From assembly GCA_965202665.1 (NCBI GenBank), contig OZ241841.1, positions 1,888,001 through 1,952,000 of the forward strand: DNA of 64,000 nt. Direction: 5' to 3'. The notes under the pieces are model-generated. The model did no database searches. It saw nothing but the letters and a program-made list of their open reading frames with translations, and was not told where the DNA came from. Positions within the stretch are counted from its first letter, which is position 1; the number at the start of each line of letters is the position of its first letter. This document shows positions 36,376-47,774 of this stretch, piece by piece. Origin of the DNA: Candidatus Spongiisociaceae bacterium (GTDB lineage: Bacteria; Actinomycetota; Acidimicrobiia; Spongiisociales; Spongiisociaceae). Both the position numbers and the translations under genes were made by a program.

Positions 36376-36382
36376 GATTTCC

Positions 36383-37390
36383 TTACCTGTTGATTGTTGG
36401 GATTATTTGGTTTCCGTAGGCGGCTAGGGTGGCTTCTTGGTCATCGTGCATCAGGTAGACGCCGAAGTGGTCCGCGCCCAGGTCGCGTAGTTGTTCCAGT
36501 TTAGCGATGTGGTCGGCGGGGGAGCCTAAGAGGCAGAAACGGTCCACGATTTCGTCGGGGACGAAATCGGTGGAAGGGTTGCCCGCTTTGCCGTGGTGGG
36601 AATAGTCGTAGCCTTCCCGGGCGGCTATGTAGTCTGCCAATGCGGTCGGCACCATATCGGGGTTGTCCGACCCGTACCTTTTCACCAGGTCGTGTACGTG
36701 GTTGCCGACCATTCCTCCGAACCACCGGAGTTGTTCCCGCTGGTGGGCTAGGTCGTCGCCCACGTAGGCGGGGGCCGCCACGCAGACGGCCACCTGATCC
36801 GGGTCCCGCCCGGCCGCCTCCGCCGCCGTGCGCACCGCTCCGGCCGTCCATTCCAGGATTTGCGGGTCGGCCAACTGCAGGATGAAACCGTCGGCGTGCC
36901 GCCCGATGGTGTCCAAGGCGCGGGGGCCGTAACCGGCGGCCCACATCGGCAGATCCCATCCTTCCCCCGCCCAGGGGATGCGCACCGTCCCCTCCCCGTA
37001 ACGCACCTCCCGGCCCGCCACCAAGCCTTTCACCACCGCCATGCATTCCGCCATCTCCGCCAAGGTGCGGGGCTTTTTGCCGATGACGCGCAGGGCCGAA
37101 TCTCCCCGGCCCATCCCGCAGATGGTGCGCTCCCCGAACATTTCATTCAGGGTGGCAAAGAGGGAAGCCAGCACCGTCCAGTCCCGGGTGCCCGGATTGG
37201 TGACCATCGGCCCCACCGTCATCCGCTCGGTGGCGGCCAGCATCAGGGAGTAGATGACGAACGGCTCCTGCCACAACACATGCGAGTCAAAAGTCCAGCC
37301 GTGGGAGAACCCGTTGTCCTCCGCCAGCTTGGTTAATTCCAGCAGACGCGAGGCGGGCGGGTCGGTCTGCAAAACCACCCCGAAGTCCAT
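36383..37390 (-). CDS. LLM-class F420-dependent oxidoreductase, TIGR03842-like (pyrimidine-cluster associated)
   Basis: MDFGVVLQTDPPA, TFDSHVLWQEP, WFGGMVGNHV, YDYSHHGKAGN. Confidence 0.88.
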   Translation of the reverse strand: MDFGVVLQTDPPASRLLELTKLAEDNGFSHGWTFDSHVLWQEPFVIYSLMLAATERMTVGPMVTNPGTRDWTVLASLFATLNEMFGERTICGMGRGDSALRVIGKKPRTLAEMAECMAVVKGLVAGREVRYGEGTVRIPWAGEGWDLPMWAAGYGPRALDTIGRHADGFILQLADPQILEWTAGAVRTAAEAAGRDPDQVAVCVAAPAYVGDDLAHQREQLRWFGGMVGNHVHDLVKRYGSDNPDMVPTALADYIAAREGYDYSHHGKAGNPSTDFVPDEIVDRFCLLGSPADHIAKLEQLRDLGADHFGVYLMHDDQEATLAAYGNQIIPTINR

Positions 37391-37485
37391 GGACCCTCCT
37401 GCTTGGTTGTGTTCTGCCGCCCTTTCGTTTTGGCGACGTTAGGCCTCATTACTATGCTAGCGACAGCGACTAGGAGACGGCAAAC

Positions 37486-40400
37486 CTGAAACTGGCTGAA
37501 GGGCAATACATCCGCCTGCCTGACGCAGATGAGTTCGTGGTTATCGAAGACGTGATCTCTAAAGACGGTGGTTATAAAATATATGTTAACGATAGTTATG
37601 GCGTGCGTCCGGTTTATATTTCCGCGGAGGATTTAGCGCGGGTGGAAGTGTTGGAAGAGGACGGCGGAGCCGACTCCCGAAAGGTGCTGGCCGCGTTGTG
37701 GTGCGAGTGGATGCGGCAGGTGATGTCGAGGTCCAAGGCGACAGCGCGGGACGTCAGCCCGTTGCGGCCCTATCCCCATCAGAGCCAAGCCGTGTACGGG
37801 TCCATGTTGCCTCAGCCCCTGTTGCGGTTTTTGCTGGCCGACGAGCCGGGCACGGGGAAGACGGTCATGGGCGGCCTTTGGTTGCGCGAGTCGCAACGGC
37901 GCGGCTTCGTCAAACGGGCGCTGGTGGTCGCCCCGGCGCATTTGGTTTCCAAATGGCAGGCGGACATCGCTCGGTTCCTCAACGGCGACCTGCGGCGGAT
38001 CACTATGAGCACGATACGCGAAGGGGGTTTGGCCGGTCCGCACGACTGGTGGATAGTGTCCCTGGATCTGGCGTCCGTCAACCCGGCGGTGTACGAGGCG
38101 ATACATCCGGAGCGGGCGGGATGGGATGCGGTGGTGTTCGACGAAGCCCACCGCCTCACGCCCAACGCGGAACAGTACTACCGGGTGGGTAGCATGCTTT
38201 CCAAAAGCACCTCCCGGACCCTGTTGATGACCGCCACCCCGCACCGGGGGAACGAAGTGCTGTTCCGGTCATTGATGCATTTGGTGGATCCGCAGGTGTT
38301 TCCGGAACCGATGAATCTCAACGCCAAGCATTCCGGGCATCTGAAGCCGGGCCCGCTCCATTTTTTGCGCCGTATGAAAGAAGAACTGTATGACTATGAC
38401 GGTGAAACTCGCCTGTTCAAAGCCCGCGAGGCCCGCAACGTCAATGTGCCGCTCAATGTGAACGAGCGCGCTTTCTACAACGAGGCGTTGGATTTGGTTG
38501 ATGAATACTTTCCGCCCGACGCGGTGGTTTTGGCGAAAATGGTGTACGGCAAACGAGCCGCCTCATCCCTCTTTGCGTTGCGGCGGACGCTGGAAAGGCG
38601 TCGCGACGGCATGGGTCGGGAAAACCCGACGGATGCCGCCATATCCGCTGATCCCTACGATCAAGATAAAACGGAACAGGACGAAGCCAGGGTGGTGACC
38701 GAAGTTTCGAAGGCGAGTCGGGAAGAGAAGCAAGCGATTGATGATATTTTGGAAAGGCTGGCCGGGGTTGTAGAAGACGCCGACTTGCAAGTTTCGAAAT
38801 GGCCGCAAATGGTTGAAAAATGTTTGGCCCCTCACCATATTAGCCCCGGTTCGGACAAGCAAGCCGTCGTTTTTACCGAGTTTGCCGACACGGCCAACTG
38901 GCTGGTAGACCGGTTTGAGAGCAACGGCTACACCGCCCGTCGCTACTCAGGCGCAGACACCTATCGCGAGCGGGACGAGATACGGGCCAGGTTTGCCGCT
39001 GGGGAATTCCAGGTGATTGTTTCCACCGATGCCGGAAACGAAGGCATCGACTTGCAGACGGCGCAGGTGCTGGTGAACTGGGATATGCCCTGGTCACTAG
39101 TGCGGCTGGAGCAACGGATGGGACGCATTCACCGTATAGGCCAAAAGGACAAAGTGTGGCTTTACAACCTGGTAGCCACCGACACCCGTGAAGGAGATGC
39201 TTATTTCAAACTGCTGGAAAATCTTGTAGCGGCCGCCAACGAGTTGGACGGCAAAATGTTCGACAGCCTGAGTATGGTATGCGAGGCGGCTTTGGAAAAA
39301 GCGACGGGTGTTAAGAGCTTGGAGAAATATTTGAGAAAAATGTACAAGGAAAATCGCTACCCCCCCCCCCATCTACAGAACAGTTGCAACAAATACACAA
39401 AGAACAATGGGAAGGTGACAGTTATTTAGCATCGCAGCTTGATATAGACGAGTCGGTAAGGCAACTATATGCGGAACAGTTAGCGAGAATTAATCCTCAT
39501 ATTGTTGAACGTTTTTTGCACAGGGCGTCGGGTGCCGGTTTATTCGCTATCAATAAAGCGGCTCTAGCAGACAGAGGTTTTTGGTATCTCGCTCCTGGTG
39601 AGCTCAACTTCCCCAAGGGGTTGTCTGTTGAGGCGGAAACGGGTAAGGCGTTAGTTTCGACCAGCGGTCAAGTAAAACAGGAGGCTGTCGATTCGGGCGT
39701 AAGCAGAGCCGCGGATGCGGTGACGCTAGGTCCCGGGGAACCTGTTTTCCAGGATTTGGTTTCTACGGCGGGCGATCATCTCCGTCCGTACCTTTACCAG
39801 GGTGCGCTCCTAACGGATCCGACCACGGTCACCGACTATGAAATACACCTTTTTGAGGCTGAGGTTTCAGAAGGTGGAGGCAGACGGAAAGAAATCTGGT
39901 CTTATCTGGTTCGGGTTGACGAGACGGGTGCCCGTTTTTCTGCTTGGGAGACGCTTTCCAACCTTGAGCCGGGAGATTCGGCGGCGGACAGACCCCATCC
40001 GGCGTTAATAACCGAAGCGGAGCAGGTAGCCCAGGGTGTTCTTTGGGATCAACGGGACAATCACAGGATCGCAATGGAGAAATGGGTAGCCGACGCCCGC
40101 AACAATCTCCGCCGGTTGCCAAATCAACTAACCGACGACATCACCGACCGCGAGCGACGCCTTTCTGAGCGGTCGCGCATCGAACAGGCCATTGAAAACC
40201 GCATTGAGGAACTAGATAAAGCGGTGCAGATAGAGGTAGGGGGACTTTCCCGCATCGGTTGGGCGCGGGTAAAAGGTGCGGGGTCGGTGGATATAGATGA
40301 AAAAAACAGCGAGCAGATCGCGATGCGCCTCGTGGCCGATTCGTTGGAGGCAGAAGGATGGAAGGTAGCGGATGTCCACACCGAGGGGCTCGGCTATGAC

Positions 40401-40682
40401 CTACATGCCCGTCAAGGCCACCGCCAACGATGCGTAGAAGTAAAAGGTATTTGGGACAAGGCATCCAGCCGAGGAGTAACCCTAACCGGAAATGAGATGG
40501 TCCATGCTGGCCTGTTGGGCGAGGATTACTGGCTCTACATAGTAGATAGATGCTCAGAGGGCGGAACTCTCTACTTCGCCTTCCCAAACCCGTCGGCGTT
40601 GTTCGCAGACGTTACCCGTGACATCACCTCGCTCCACATAAAAGGTTCCGACCTTGAAACAGCAAGGGGCCAGGCACAATGA
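37486..40682 (+). pseudogene. SNF2-family helicase with C-terminal DUF3883 (NOV-C) nuclease-like domain, frameshifted at a C11 tract
   Basis: LADEPGTGKT, DEAH, TATP, QRMGRIHR (37537-39429) and GYDL..CVEVKG..LTGNE..YWLYIV (39384-40682); C11 at 39360-39370; possible CTG start at 37486 after AGGAG. Confidence 0.85.
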
Positions 40683-43381
40683 CGCGCCTAATAGAACGCT
40701 GGTTCCCTTGCAAAGAGGTGTCGGAAAACTCACGTTCCGGCTGGGGAAGCGGTAACGCCGAAAAAGAGTTATTCCCCTGGTTTGCAGCTCGGCCCTTGGT
40801 ACAGGCAAAGGCGGCCGTGATCTGCTCGCTGTTGCCTTGGCCTGACGATCTTGCCGAACAAAAGAGGTTGCAGGATTTGGTACGTCGTGCGATGGAAGGA
40901 TACGATGCGGCGCACGATGAGATAGTTGCTGAGATCAACAAATATTATCCTGATGGGGTGTCGTTACTTGATTCGTTTTCCGGTAGGGCGATGATTCCTC
41001 TCGAAGCGGCCCGGTTGGGAATAAGAGCTTGGGGTATAGAATATTCGCCCGTAGCGGCTCTTGCCGGAACTTTACTAGCTGATTATCCGTTGCGGGATTG
41101 GTCGCAAGAACTTCCGCTACCATTTGATGATTACGAGACCAATGATATAGACCGTGCTACTACTCCACGCCTTTTATATGATGTCCAGTATATTCTCGGT
41201 TTGATTGGTCGGCGATACGAAATAGAAATGGGGCCCTTCTATCCTATGGTAAATGGAAAACGGCCTTGGGGTTACCTATGGGCTATTACATTGCCTTGTT
41301 CGAATTGCGGTAGAAGGTTCCCATTTACCGCTAGTTTGGAGTTGCGTCGTCCTAGACTACAAAAAAAGGATCGGGGTCAGTCGTATTATATTGAGGTAGA
41401 TCGCTCACAAAACAATTTTAGGGCAGTAGTTCATGAGGGTAAACCCCTCCGTAACCCCACTCTAATTAAGAAAGCGGGATCTAAAGGGAAGGTAGCAATA
41501 TGCCCATTCTGTGATCATGTACATCCGTTCGATAATTATACTCGTCTTATGGGTGATGGTTATGCGGAGGATAATTTGCTTCTCGTAGCAGATGTACATG
41601 CCCGGGGGCGTAAAACATATCGGGAGGTAACTCAGATAGAGTTGGATGTGATTAATGATGCTATATACGCCATAAAGTTGGAAACACCTTTTGCTCCTGG
41701 ACTGCCTGCAATACCTCACGAGAAGGCATTAGGTTCCACCGGCCCGCGCGATTTTGTTCGTTATGGATACCATACATATGGTGATTTTTGGAATAATCGA
41801 CAGACTCTTGGTTTAATACGGTTATCTCGTATCATCAGTGACCTGGGAAGGGAGCTGGTAAATTCTGAAATCAGTTCCGATTACACTGCCACATTAATTG
41901 GCTATGCTGTTTCGGTTTTAGCTCGTACTATTCGCACAACTACGCGCGGGTGTACACTTCAAATAACCAGTCAAAGCAGTGGTCACATTTTTAGTGCGGG
42001 TCCACCCGTTCCGTTTGGTTATGACTATTTCGAGACAGGTTGTGGAGAAGGATCAGGAACTTGGTTGTCGGTATCAAAGAGTACTATAAGAACACTTAAG
42101 AAACAGCTAGATAGAATTTCGGGATGCCCAGCACATATATTACAAGGTACTGCTACAGACCTGCCAATAACTAGTGCAACCTTGGATGCCGTTGTAACTG
42201 ATCCGCCATATGCTGAGATGGTAGAATACAGTGATGCATCTGACCTTTTTTATGTGTGGTTAAAGAGGGCTTTGAGTACTTCAAACCCAGAATTTGGTAT
42301 TACTGCTAATCCTGAAGACGTTCAAGATAAAACGGAAGAAGCAGTTGTCAAAATGACTTGGAATAGGAGTGGAGATCATAGAACACCCGACCACTATGAT
42401 GTTCAAATTGTGAAGGCTTTGACGGAAGCACGACGTGTTATCAAGTCCGATGGGGTGGTTTCTATTATGTTTGGTCATGATAACCCAGATGTTTGGAAGC
42501 GATTTCTTACCTCTATAGACAAAGCAGGTTTGATGTTGACCGGATCGTGGCCAGCGCGTACTGAAAGAGGAAAGCAATTAAATAAAGCCCAAATTGAGAC
42601 TACCCTCACACTTGCTTGTCGTCCTACACCTGACGATCGACCTAAAGGGGCCTTGCTGGATGTGGAGGCACAAGTAAAGAAGGAGATATTGTCTCGTATT
42701 CCGCTATGGCAGGCGGCTGGTCTTGCTTTACAAGATCAACGCATGGCTTCTTATGGTCCAGCGATGGAAGTAGTTGGTCGTTATAGTGAGGTTCGTAATA
42801 AAGCTGGTAAATCTGTAAGTCTTGAAAAATATTTAGCAAAAGCTCGTCGGTATGTTGAGGAGGCAGCGGAGGTTAAAATAGGCGAATATTCAATTGGGGA
42901 CTTTGATATACGTACTCAATTTGGATTATTTTGGGCCACTTTATATGGGCGGAGCATTGTACCGGGCGCAGAAGTTCGTTGGTTGAGACTAGGGTGGGAT
43001 TTGACTGATGATAGCACCGCTAGATTGTTGATTAAAGACAAACAGGGGCTACGGCTGATATATGCTGAAGAGGCTAAGATAAAACCAGAACCTGAAAGTA
43101 CTGTCATTGATATCGCTTTTGCAATAGCGGCTACAGGTAAATCCATTACAGATATAGCAAATATTTTGAATGTGGCTGAGAGAATAGGGGACGATTTCCT
43201 CTGGGAGACGATGGGCTATCTTGTCAAACATGTCTCAGAACAAGATCGCGATGGGGATATTTGGACTTGGGTGGTCCGTAATCGTAATATTATCACAGGT
43301 ATTTCCCAGGACATTGAAGAGAACATACTCCATGAGCAACAAATTAAGAAAGATGCTGGTATCCAGCAAGGAATGTTATAG
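40679..43381 (+). CDS. DUF1156-family adenine-specific DNA methyltransferase
   Basis: WFAARPL, DSFSGRAMIPLEAARLG, two CxxC pairs, VTDPPY; ATGA overlap with the helicase; low GC. Confidence 0.9.
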   Translation: MTRLIERWFPCKEVSENSRSGWGSGNAEKELFPWFAARPLVQAKAAVICSLLPWPDDLAEQKRLQDLVRRAMEGYDAAHDEIVAEINKYYPDGVSLLDSFSGRAMIPLEAARLGIRAWGIEYSPVAALAGTLLADYPLRDWSQELPLPFDDYETNDIDRATTPRLLYDVQYILGLIGRRYEIEMGPFYPMVNGKRPWGYLWAITLPCSNCGRRFPFTASLELRRPRLQKKDRGQSYYIEVDRSQNNFRAVVHEGKPLRNPTLIKKAGSKGKVAICPFCDHVHPFDNYTRLMGDGYAEDNLLLVADVHARGRKTYREVTQIELDVINDAIYAIKLETPFAPGLPAIPHEKALGSTGPRDFVRYGYHTYGDFWNNRQTLGLIRLSRIISDLGRELVNSEISSDYTATLIGYAVSVLARTIRTTTRGCTLQITSQSSGHIFSAGPPVPFGYDYFETGCGEGSGTWLSVSKSTIRTLKKQLDRISGCPAHILQGTATDLPITSATLDAVVTDPPYAEMVEYSDASDLFYVWLKRALSTSNPEFGITANPEDVQDKTEEAVVKMTWNRSGDHRTPDHYDVQIVKALTEARRVIKSDGVVSIMFGHDNPDVWKRFLTSIDKAGLMLTGSWPARTERGKQLNKAQIETTLTLACRPTPDDRPKGALLDVEAQVKKEILSRIPLWQAAGLALQDQRMASYGPAMEVVGRYSEVRNKAGKSVSLEKYLAKARRYVEEAAEVKIGEYSIGDFDIRTQFGLFWATLYGRSIVPGAEVRWLRLGWDLTDDSTARLLIKDKQGLRLIYAEEAKIKPEPESTVIDIAFAIAATGKSITDIANILNVAERIGDDFLWETMGYLVKHVSEQDRDGDIWTWVVRNRNIITGISQDIEENILHEQQIKKDAGIQQGML

Positions 43382-43394
43382 GAGGTAGTAGGCG

Positions 43395-46235
43395 GTGGCT
43401 AATACAATTACTCCGTGGTGGGAGACGACGGTTCTGAGGGATGAAATTGAGCGGGGCCAAGGTAGGATTGACGATGTACAGGCATCATTGCATGACGCTG
43501 TATTTGGTCGTCCTGGTGGGGGTGACGTTCCTTATAAAAGAGCGACTTACTATGGGGAAATAACTCATCCCACCGTTAGTTTGATTGAATTGATGGTTAA
43601 GATAGCAATACGTCTGGGCGTTAAAGGTCGTCAGGCTCGAGGAGTGTGGAGATTGGATCAGGGGATGGGGGGAGGTAAATCACACGGAATGATAGGACTG
43701 TGGCATTTAGCTACTAATCCAGATTCTTTGGCGGAAACAGAATTGGGGCGACTGGTATTTGAGCAGGCATATTCTATCGCGGGACGAGAATCTCTAGCAG
43801 AGACCTTGGATAACCCTGCTTGTGTGGTTCTCGACTGTGATAATCCTGAGCCGAACGAAGAGACGGATGGTCCTGCCAAGACATTGGGGGAGCGGTTTCT
43901 GTGGCGTCTGTTCGATGGTGCCTATAAGAAATGGGAGGCTTATAAGCCCCGTGTCGCATCCAAAAAGGGATTGGCGGAAGCGTTGGTTGATGTTGGTAGA
44001 CCGGTGCTGATACTGGTGGATGAAGTAATGGACTATATCCGGTGGGCTTCCAATCACGACGAACAACTGGCCATAGCTGACATGGCCTTCCTGCGCTCAT
44101 TATTGGAGACTGTTAATAAGGTCGATAATTGCGCGTTGGTGGTGGTAATGATTGCTTCTGATAAAGACCGTATCGCCCTCAATAAGATAGGAACACAATG
44201 TCAAGCAGAATTAGAAGATTTACTTACCCGCAACGGCCAGTCTACCACCGTCTCAAGCGGTGGAGATTTTGCTGACATTATTCGCCGTCGGCTGTTTCAA
44301 ACTCCACCACCCATAGAGGTTACCAATGCCACTGCCAACCTGTTTCTTGAGCAAATGGTTGGAACTTGGCGTGATTCCTTTAGCAAAGTAGGGGAAAGTG
44401 GCACCAGATTTCAGGATAAAGTGGCACGGTCCTATCCTTTTCATCCTTCGCTTATTGAATTGGTGGAGAAAGAATGGTCCCTCAATACCGGTTTTCAACG
44501 GGTTCGTTCCACTATCCAAGTATTCGCCGCTACGGTGTTTGCTCTACGAGAGCAGGCCACTCAAGGTGAGTGGGCTCCTATGTTGATCGGGAACGGTGAT
44601 CTCCCTCTATCCTCGCGACCAGTTAGAGATGCTTTGTTGGATTCTGGTTTGGTAGCGGATCAACGCACACAGGCTAGTCTCCGCGGGGTGGCGGCTTCTG
44701 AAATTGTGGACCCGGATCATCCCGAGCGCAGTACTGCTCGGCGGTTGGATTTAAAACGTGAGCAGGGTTGGAATGAAGCAAATCCCCGGGCGGCGGAGCG
44801 GGCGGCTACGGCACTGTTTGTTTACTCCATCGCTCCTCGGCCCGATGCTCGGCGCGGTGCCACCGAAGCGGAAATCATCACCGCTACCTTCGTTCCCGTT
44901 AATTCTTATGGGTGCGGGGATGCGGAGGTTGTCTTTTCGGAGCTAAGGCAAGAGCTTGTTGCTTATGACTATACCGAGGGCCGCGGTCCCAATCCTCGTC
45001 GTTGGTATTTTGAAACTCGTAAAACCCTGTGGATGTATTTTCGCGCCGAGAGGGATGCCATCTCCGATGAGGAACGTAACGAGATCGTTACCACAGTGGC
45101 TTTTGATTTGGCAACCAGCGGACCGTTCTCCTCCATTATAAAAGTTGAAGGAGAGGGTTCACCTGACGGTAAACCATCGTTCGAACAGTTGAAAGGACTC
45201 TTCGAAGGTGCAGGTATTGATGATCGGCATAAGAATAGACTGGTTGTCCTTGATAGCAGATGGTTTAGTCTACTTGGTGATGAAAGTGATAATGAGATTA
45301 GAGAGTCAATCCGTGCGGCCATGGGAATAGGCAAAAATAAGTTAGCTATGGCGTGGGCCTCCTCCGCTGTATTTTCTTGTATAGACTATCAGAGGCGACG
45401 CCAAACAAGGACTATAACTACCGATTATTTAGCGTGGAAGCGGGTAGCAAATCTAGATGCTGTATTAGGTGATAAAGAACAATCTACTAAGGCTCGCGAG
45501 GAACGCGAGCAAGCGAAGAGGAGACTGGAGAGGGCGGTCAAGGAATCTTATCAGCATATTCTATATTTATCTGATGATGGCTCCGGTGGTCGTATAGACA
45601 GGTCGTTTCGCTTGTCGCAAAAGAACCAATCGGCTTTGGATGGGGGTATTGTCTGGTCTACTTTGGTTGATGCTGATAAGGCGGTAGGACAGTTTGATTC
45701 CACAGCCCTCTTGCACAATCTCCGAGACTCTGACTGGGGCAGGCCGTTATCCGAAATTCGCGATGAGTTTTGGAACGCTCCGCGGTTGCCGCTACTACCC
45801 GGAGGAGAGGCCGACCTTCGGCAAGCCTTTTATACTTTGATTCAGTCCGGGGAGGTTGTTTTGGTGGACTCCGATGATCAACCTCGCACCGTTACAGGGC
45901 CCGCCGACATCAATTTTGGTTCGTCCGATATCCGTATTCAACGTCCGGAGAAAAAACCACCTGATGGTCCACCACCGCCCGTACCGCCTCCGCCGCCTCC
46001 CCCACCGCCCGGCGTGAAAGAGTATCAAGTTTCATTCTCTCTCACCAAATCCCTACGCGAGGGTTCTGACCGCGATCTGGTGCGCAATCTGCTTAACCAG
46101 GTTGTCAATGCGGTGGATGGCGATGCCTCCCATATCCAAGTCTCTTTGCGGGTAGTGGTTCCGCCGGAAATTAAGGACAAGATCGTCGGCCGGGCTGAAG
46201 AAGCCGGTGTCCCCTCGTCTATTACCGACCTGTAG
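43395..46235 (+). CDS. DUF499-family AAA+ ATPase
   Basis: GMGGGKSH Walker A, LILVDEVMDY Walker B, IIRRRLF, SYPFHP, FQRVR. Confidence 0.9.
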   Translation: MANTITPWWETTVLRDEIERGQGRIDDVQASLHDAVFGRPGGGDVPYKRATYYGEITHPTVSLIELMVKIAIRLGVKGRQARGVWRLDQGMGGGKSHGMIGLWHLATNPDSLAETELGRLVFEQAYSIAGRESLAETLDNPACVVLDCDNPEPNEETDGPAKTLGERFLWRLFDGAYKKWEAYKPRVASKKGLAEALVDVGRPVLILVDEVMDYIRWASNHDEQLAIADMAFLRSLLETVNKVDNCALVVVMIASDKDRIALNKIGTQCQAELEDLLTRNGQSTTVSSGGDFADIIRRRLFQTPPPIEVTNATANLFLEQMVGTWRDSFSKVGESGTRFQDKVARSYPFHPSLIELVEKEWSLNTGFQRVRSTIQVFAATVFALREQATQGEWAPMLIGNGDLPLSSRPVRDALLDSGLVADQRTQASLRGVAASEIVDPDHPERSTARRLDLKREQGWNEANPRAAERAATALFVYSIAPRPDARRGATEAEIITATFVPVNSYGCGDAEVVFSELRQELVAYDYTEGRGPNPRRWYFETRKTLWMYFRAERDAISDEERNEIVTTVAFDLATSGPFSSIIKVEGEGSPDGKPSFEQLKGLFEGAGIDDRHKNRLVVLDSRWFSLLGDESDNEIRESIRAAMGIGKNKLAMAWASSAVFSCIDYQRRRQTRTITTDYLAWKRVANLDAVLGDKEQSTKAREEREQAKRRLERAVKESYQHILYLSDDGSGGRIDRSFRLSQKNQSALDGGIVWSTLVDADKAVGQFDSTALLHNLRDSDWGRPLSEIRDEFWNAPRLPLLPGGEADLRQAFYTLIQSGEVVLVDSDDQPRTVTGPADINFGSSDIRIQRPEKKPPDGPPPPVPPPPPPPPPGVKEYQVSFSLTKSLREGSDRDLVRNLLNQVVNAVDGDASHIQVSLRVVVPPEIKDKIVGRAEEAGVPSSITDL

Positions 46236-46246
46236 GCCCCGGAGAC

Positions 46247-47740
46247 TTAGCCGTGTTGGGGGAAGCCTAGGTCTACGCCTCGGTGGATGGGGTCGGGCCA
46301 GCGGCTTATCACCACCTTGGGGCGGGTGTAGAAGCGGACTCCGTCCGGGCCGTAGATGGCGTGGTCGCCGAAAATGGAGTCCTTCCAGCCTCCGAAAGAG
46401 TAGAAGGACAGCGGCACCGGGATGGGGACGTTTATGCCCACCATCCCCGCCCCCACTTCGGCCTGGAATTTGCGGGCCGCCCCGCCGTCGTTGGTGAACA
46501 CGGCCGTGCCGTTTCCGTACGGGTTGTCGTTTATCAGCCCGATCGCTTCATCGTAGGAGCCGCAACGCACCACCGACAGCACCGGTCCGAAAATCTCGTC
46601 CCGGTAGATGGACATGGCGGGCGTCACCCGGTCGAACAGGGTCGGTCCCAGGAAAAACCCTTCTTCGTGCCCTTCCACCGTCAAACCCCGCCCGTCTTCC
46701 AGCAACTCGGCCCCCTCCGACTCCCCGGCGTCGATGTAGCCCGCCACCCGGTCGCGGTGGACGGCGGTGATCAGCGGGCCCATCTGCGAACCTTCCGCCT
46801 CCCCCGGCCCCACCACCAGGTCGGCCAGCCGTTCCCGCACCCGGGGCAGCAGCCGGTCGGCGGCGTCCCCCACCGTCACCACCACCGAAATGGCCATGCA
46901 CCGTTCGCCCGCCGACCCGTAGCCGGCGGACACGGCCGCGTCCGCCGCCAAATCCATGTCGGCGTCGGGGAGCACGATCATGTGGTTTTTGGCCCCGCCC
47001 AGGGCCTGCACCCGCTTGCCGTGCCTGGTTCCCGTCTCATACACGTAGCGGGCGATGGGGGTGGAGCCCACGAACGACACCGCCGCGATGTCCGGGTGGG
47101 CGAGGATGGCGTCCACCGCCTGCTTGTCCCCCTGCACAATGTTGAACACCCCTTCCGGCAACCCGGCTTCGGCCAGCAGTTTGGCGTTCAGGCGGGACAC
47201 CGACGGGTCCCGCTCCGACGGCTTCAACACGAAAGTGTTGCCGCAGGCTATGGCGATGGGGAACATCCACATCGGCACCATCGCCGGAAAATTGAAGGGG
47301 GTGATGCCCGCCGCCACCCCCAGCGGCTGGCGGATGGTGAACGTGTCCACCTCCCGGCTGACCTGCTCGGAGAAATCCCCTTTCAGCAGATGGGCGATGT
47401 TGCACGCGAACTCCACCACTTCCAGCCCCCGCTGCACCTCCCCCAGGGCGTCGTCCAAAGTTTTGCCGTGTTCGGCGGTGAGGAGGCGGGCCATGTCCAA
47501 CCGGCGGCGGACGATCAGCTCCCGGTAGGCGAACATGATGTTCTGGCGGCGGGTGAGCGGGGCCTCCCGCCAGTCGGCGAACGCCTGCTTGGCGGAAGCG
47601 ACCGCCGCCTCCACTTCCGCCGACCCCGCCAACGCCACCCGCCCGGTCTGGGCGCCGGTGGCCGGGTTGAAAACCGGGCCGGTGCGTTCCGCCGCCCCGT
47701 CCCAAGTTTTGCCGCTGATCCAATGGGTTATGGTCCGCAT
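46247..47740 (-). CDS. mmsA: CoA-acylating (methyl)malonate-semialdehyde dehydrogenase
   Basis: ITPFNFPAMVP, KPSE, FVGSTP, GGAKNH, GERCMA, EIFGP. Confidence 0.95.
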   Translation of the reverse strand: MRTITHWISGKTWDGAAERTGPVFNPATGAQTGRVALAGSAEVEAAVASAKQAFADWREAPLTRRQNIMFAYRELIVRRRLDMARLLTAEHGKTLDDALGEVQRGLEVVEFACNIAHLLKGDFSEQVSREVDTFTIRQPLGVAAGITPFNFPAMVPMWMFPIAIACGNTFVLKPSERDPSVSRLNAKLLAEAGLPEGVFNIVQGDKQAVDAILAHPDIAAVSFVGSTPIARYVYETGTRHGKRVQALGGAKNHMIVLPDADMDLAADAAVSAGYGSAGERCMAISVVVTVGDAADRLLPRVRERLADLVVGPGEAEGSQMGPLITAVHRDRVAGYIDAGESEGAELLEDGRGLTVEGHEEGFFLGPTLFDRVTPAMSIYRDEIFGPVLSVVRCGSYDEAIGLINDNPYGNGTAVFTNDGGAARKFQAEVGAGMVGINVPIPVPLSFYSFGGWKDSIFGDHAIYGPDGVRFYTRPKVVISRWPDPIHRGVDLGFPQHG

Positions 47741-47774
47741 TTGCCCTCCTGTGCGGGCCGCCGCCCGCCGTCTC

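Noticed and set aside
45955-46012. C-rich stretch in the DUF499 gene as a slippage tract
   Set aside because: Mixed Pro codons encode an in-frame poly-proline linker, not a pure homopolymer
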